DNA of 64,000 bases, taken from the NCBI GenBank assembly GCA_963693365.1, contig CAVNZM010000003.1, forward strand, positions 7,993,312-8,057,311. The letters are read 5' to 3'. This document shows, piece by piece, positions 56,743 through 64,000 of this stretch (position 1 is the first letter of the stretch; the number at the start of each line of letters is the position of its first letter). The DNA is from Amoebidium appalachense. Taxonomy: Eukaryota; Protista; Ichthyosporea. Made by a program: the position numbers and the translations under genes. The notes under the pieces are model-generated. The model made no database searches and had not been told where the DNA came from. It was given only the letters and a program-made list of their open reading frames with translations.

Positions 56743-58057
56743 CGCTACACCCACCCACCCACCCATTGGCAAACACACACGCATACACACACACACACAC
56801 GTACACGCACGCACACCCACACACATGGACTACACCACCCACCCACCCACCCAAACACACACCCACACACACACGCATACACACACACACACACAAACAC
56901 ATCTGCCCACATGCCCTCCTGCATCCTTACTCCACCCTGCCAGCCACGGCCGGGACCCCGACACCCAATCACCATGGCCATGCCCCCCCCCCCTCCCCCC
57001 CCCCCCCCCCCCCCCCCCTCCCCCCCCCCCCCCCCCCCCCCCCCGGCCGCTCCCCGCACCCCCCCTTAAACCCATTTCCAATCAAGGCAGATGCCCACTC
57101 CACACACTCCACAAAGCCTCCTTGCACACCACACACACACACACCAACATGCACCGCCACCACTTTCCTCCACCCGTCCCACAGATGTCCTTTCAACCAC
57201 TTTACCATTCCCCATCTTTTCCCTTCAATGTTTCGGAATGCCCCAAATCAATCACGTGCACACATCTCCTTGCACTGGCCTTACAGTGGATTCCCCTCAA
57301 TACTCCCTCCCCCCTTCCACACACACACACACACTCACAAACACATCGTCAACCGTTTGATGAAGGGGGGGAGGGGGGGGGGGGGGGGGGGGGGGGATTC
57401 TGGAGGATGCCAAGGGGGATTCGAAAGTCCCACTTTCTGCTCCCCCCTCTCCCCCCTCCCCTCCCCCGGTATGTCGATACGGGGGTTTTGGGGGGGACAG
57501 TATGTCGACTTTCATCAATTGAAGCAGCTATTATCACATCTACGTGTTAAATCATACTTAGAGCAGTTACTAAGTTTGACCATTCAACACAAAAACGTGG
57601 TGAAAACGCCCTTGACATGTCACATTAACCTCCGATCAGTATACTACAAAAAACTACTGATTAGCCCTTGTGCTGCGGTCGAAAATTCCCTGACCCCCCC
57701 TTGGGGGGGGGGTCACGCACGCACACACACACACACACACGCACACACACACCGTGCGTGTGTGCATGTGCGTGTGCGTGGAGGCGGGGTGGGCCCGGTG
57801 GAGGGGCCCTGGATTGGGGGGGGGGGGGGGGGGGGGAGGGGGGGGGGGGGGGGGAGAGAGACGGCGTGGGGCCCAAGCCCCCGTAGTACCTGCCGATCAT
57901 ACGCCGATTATTTATCACTTAAAATTCAACACAAAGTGCTTGATAAAAGGAATAAGCCCATTGGATATCCACAAATACTGTCTGAACATATTTATTTTTA
58001 TTGCAAGCAGTTTGTCAACTTGGAGGAATAAGTCCTAATACTTGGTGATTCAACGAG

Positions 58058-58088
<31 letters not shown>

Positions 58089-59150
58089 ACCACCACCACT
58101 CCCCCCCAAACGCCACCACCACGGTAACCACTGCCACCACCCATAGGGCAAAAAAAAAAAAAAAGGAAAAAAAAATAATAATAAAAATGCTAAGCTCACT
58201 AATCTGTGTGCATGCTACGGATACCCTTTACAGCTTCAAAGGTCTTGCTTTGTGCCACCCATAATAACCATGTGCACGTGTGTTTCGGTAATCGAATTCA
58301 ACCTATCCGAGTGGGTAGGAAGCTGCCGAATTTTTCGCGTGCATGGATGCATTTAATCCTAAGACCCAAATCAATTTTGCATCCATATTTTAAGGCTAAT
58401 GTACACGTTACAACGCTGCATTCCTTCACACAGCACATTATTATATTATCATAAAGAGCGCGAATTAATTGGTAATAAAAAAACAGGAACCGGTAAATTA
58501 GCAGGCACATCAAATGTATTCCACTTAACCGTTTCTACGCCAGGACAGTTACCCGGCGCAATGTCTGGTTTTCCGGTATAGAATTTCACACCCTGCTCCT
58601 TCCAGTCCGCCAGCAGCGATTCTGCAAAGAGACAACTTTCGGTTAACCCCATGCACGATTAACTGGATTCCCCCCCCCCCACACACACACACGCGCGTTC
58701 CTGATTCCTAGACTCCCCCCCCCCCCCCCCCTGAAAACTAAGTAACTTAAAACATTAGAACAGGTGCTCGTGTAATGCCACGGTATTCTCCCAAGACACG
58801 TATTTATATGCAATAGTTGCTTTCTGTGACGAGACTTCTAGTGTAAGGCAAGAAACTTCAGGTTTTCCAAACCACAAGGACCCCCCCCCCCCCCCCCCCC
58901 CCCCTTTCCTCGGGCGCCCCGCCCCCCCCCCCCACGTGCCCACACCTTTTTCCCATCTCCTCGACTCCATAATCATGCATGTGGTACGTTTCCCATCTCG
59001 ATTGTGTTCGAAAAAACAAAATATGTTGGTTTGCATCATATGCAGTACCCAACCGTAAAAAAAAAACTTTACCCACGCGGGGAGGTGGGAAGAAGCGGAA
59101 GAACAGGAAGTGTGTGTGTGTGTTGGGGGGGGGGGGGGGGGGGGGGGGGG

Positions 59151-59374
59151 TTTAATGCGTCCAAGAGCACGACACACTCATTGACAATGGACAACACAAT
59201 GCAGAGTGGCAAACTACACCTAAAGGGTATGCGTAAAAAGCAGAGCCCATCCTTCGGGCAGGGCGAGGGGGGGGGGGGGGGGGGGGGGGGGGCTAAGTCT
59301 TCCACAATAACCGAGTTTCGAACCGTTCACCTTGTGGACGGAACCCAACTCACATACTACTTCACTTGAACATG
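59151..59374 (-). repeat. Poly-C-flanked element, second long copy (head + body)
   Basis: Reverse complement reads CATGTTCAAGTGAAGTAGTATGTGAGTTGGGTTCCGT...GGTTCGAAACTCGGTTATTGTGGA-Cn-GGATGGGCTCTGC..., aligning with 22423-22620. Confidence 0.75.
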
Positions 59375-59467
59375 GGTGGGTCACCCGGATTTGTGTGTGA
59401 GGGCGCGCCCGTGCGCGCGTGCGTGTGGTGGTGGTGGTTGGTGGTGGGTGGGTGGGTGGGTGGGTGG

Positions 59468-59516
<49 letters not shown>

Positions 59517-59577
59517 TGGGAGTACAAACCTGACGTATTGTTGGAACCCAGCCTAAAGCAGATCGTAGTCATTGCTC

Positions 59578-63390
<3,813 letters not shown>

Positions 63391-64000
63391 ATTGTCTGTT
63401 TCTCACTTATTGCAACAACCGTTGAAAGCGTATGCCCACAAATATACATGGAAAAGGGGTTCGCAAAGAGCTTTCTCATAAAAAATTTCCCGTTAAAGCG
63501 TGAGCTGAAGAAGGGTTTGGAAAGTTTGCTCTGCTCTGTTGCTGCCAACGTGAACTCATGCATGCCCAGTTTCCTTCGGTTCACACAAACATTACCCGTG
63601 CCACCCCTAACCTCTACACCTTTGCACTCAACACGGTTGTCTATTGGCAAAGCGCTGTTGCTAAAGACATAAAATGCGTGTGCATCTCTTGTTCTCTGCA
63701 ATTTCAGACTAATCTGTATAGTATATATTTATGATTAGCTCGAGTTTCGACTACAAGCATATTCTACATGCATATATGTATCGAGCTCATACTTACAGTA
63801 GTAGTCATGTGTGGCTGAGGGGCCCGGGCCCCGCGCCCGGGGTCGGCGGCACCAACGGTCATTGGGCAGATTTGAAAAGTGCGCGCCAAAATGATTCTAT
63901 AAATAGGCCTTTTTGAAAAGACGGCCCAGGCCGTTGGAACTGGCGCCGGTTTATGTGTGGGGCAATTAGTCCAGTGCCATGGCCATTCTATGTTATTGTT

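Overview
This is eukaryotic genomic DNA; a unicellular holozoan such as an ichthyosporean is a guess from gene content only. Most entries in the ORF track are artefacts of (CA)n/(GT)n and poly-C/poly-G tracts. Four intron-rich genes were reconstructed by hand from splice sites: the 3' end of a phospholipase D, PSMD9/Nas2, a Zn-dependent threonine dehydrogenase with a 1-nt frameshift in exon 1, and a RING-finger gene. Interspersed with them are a frameshifted F-box/LRR gene and three intron-poor secreted-protein genes (Cys-repeat protein, bulb-type lectin, trypsin with a chitin-binding-like tail). The main structure is a 9.25-kb P-superfamily (THAP) transposon with 36-bp TIRs and an 8-bp TSD. 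Its transposase is internally deleted and split by a recent non-autonomous LTR retrotransposon. A second P family is represented by a MITE-like element and a 29-bp excision-type footprint between perfect 8-bp TSDs. Other observations are a poly-C-flanked ~100-200 bp element found only in sense orientation inside introns, a hairpin-rich dispersed repeat, inserts bracketed by 116-215 bp duplications, and (CA)n tracts that run directly into splice acceptors. I found no clear multi-gene novel system.
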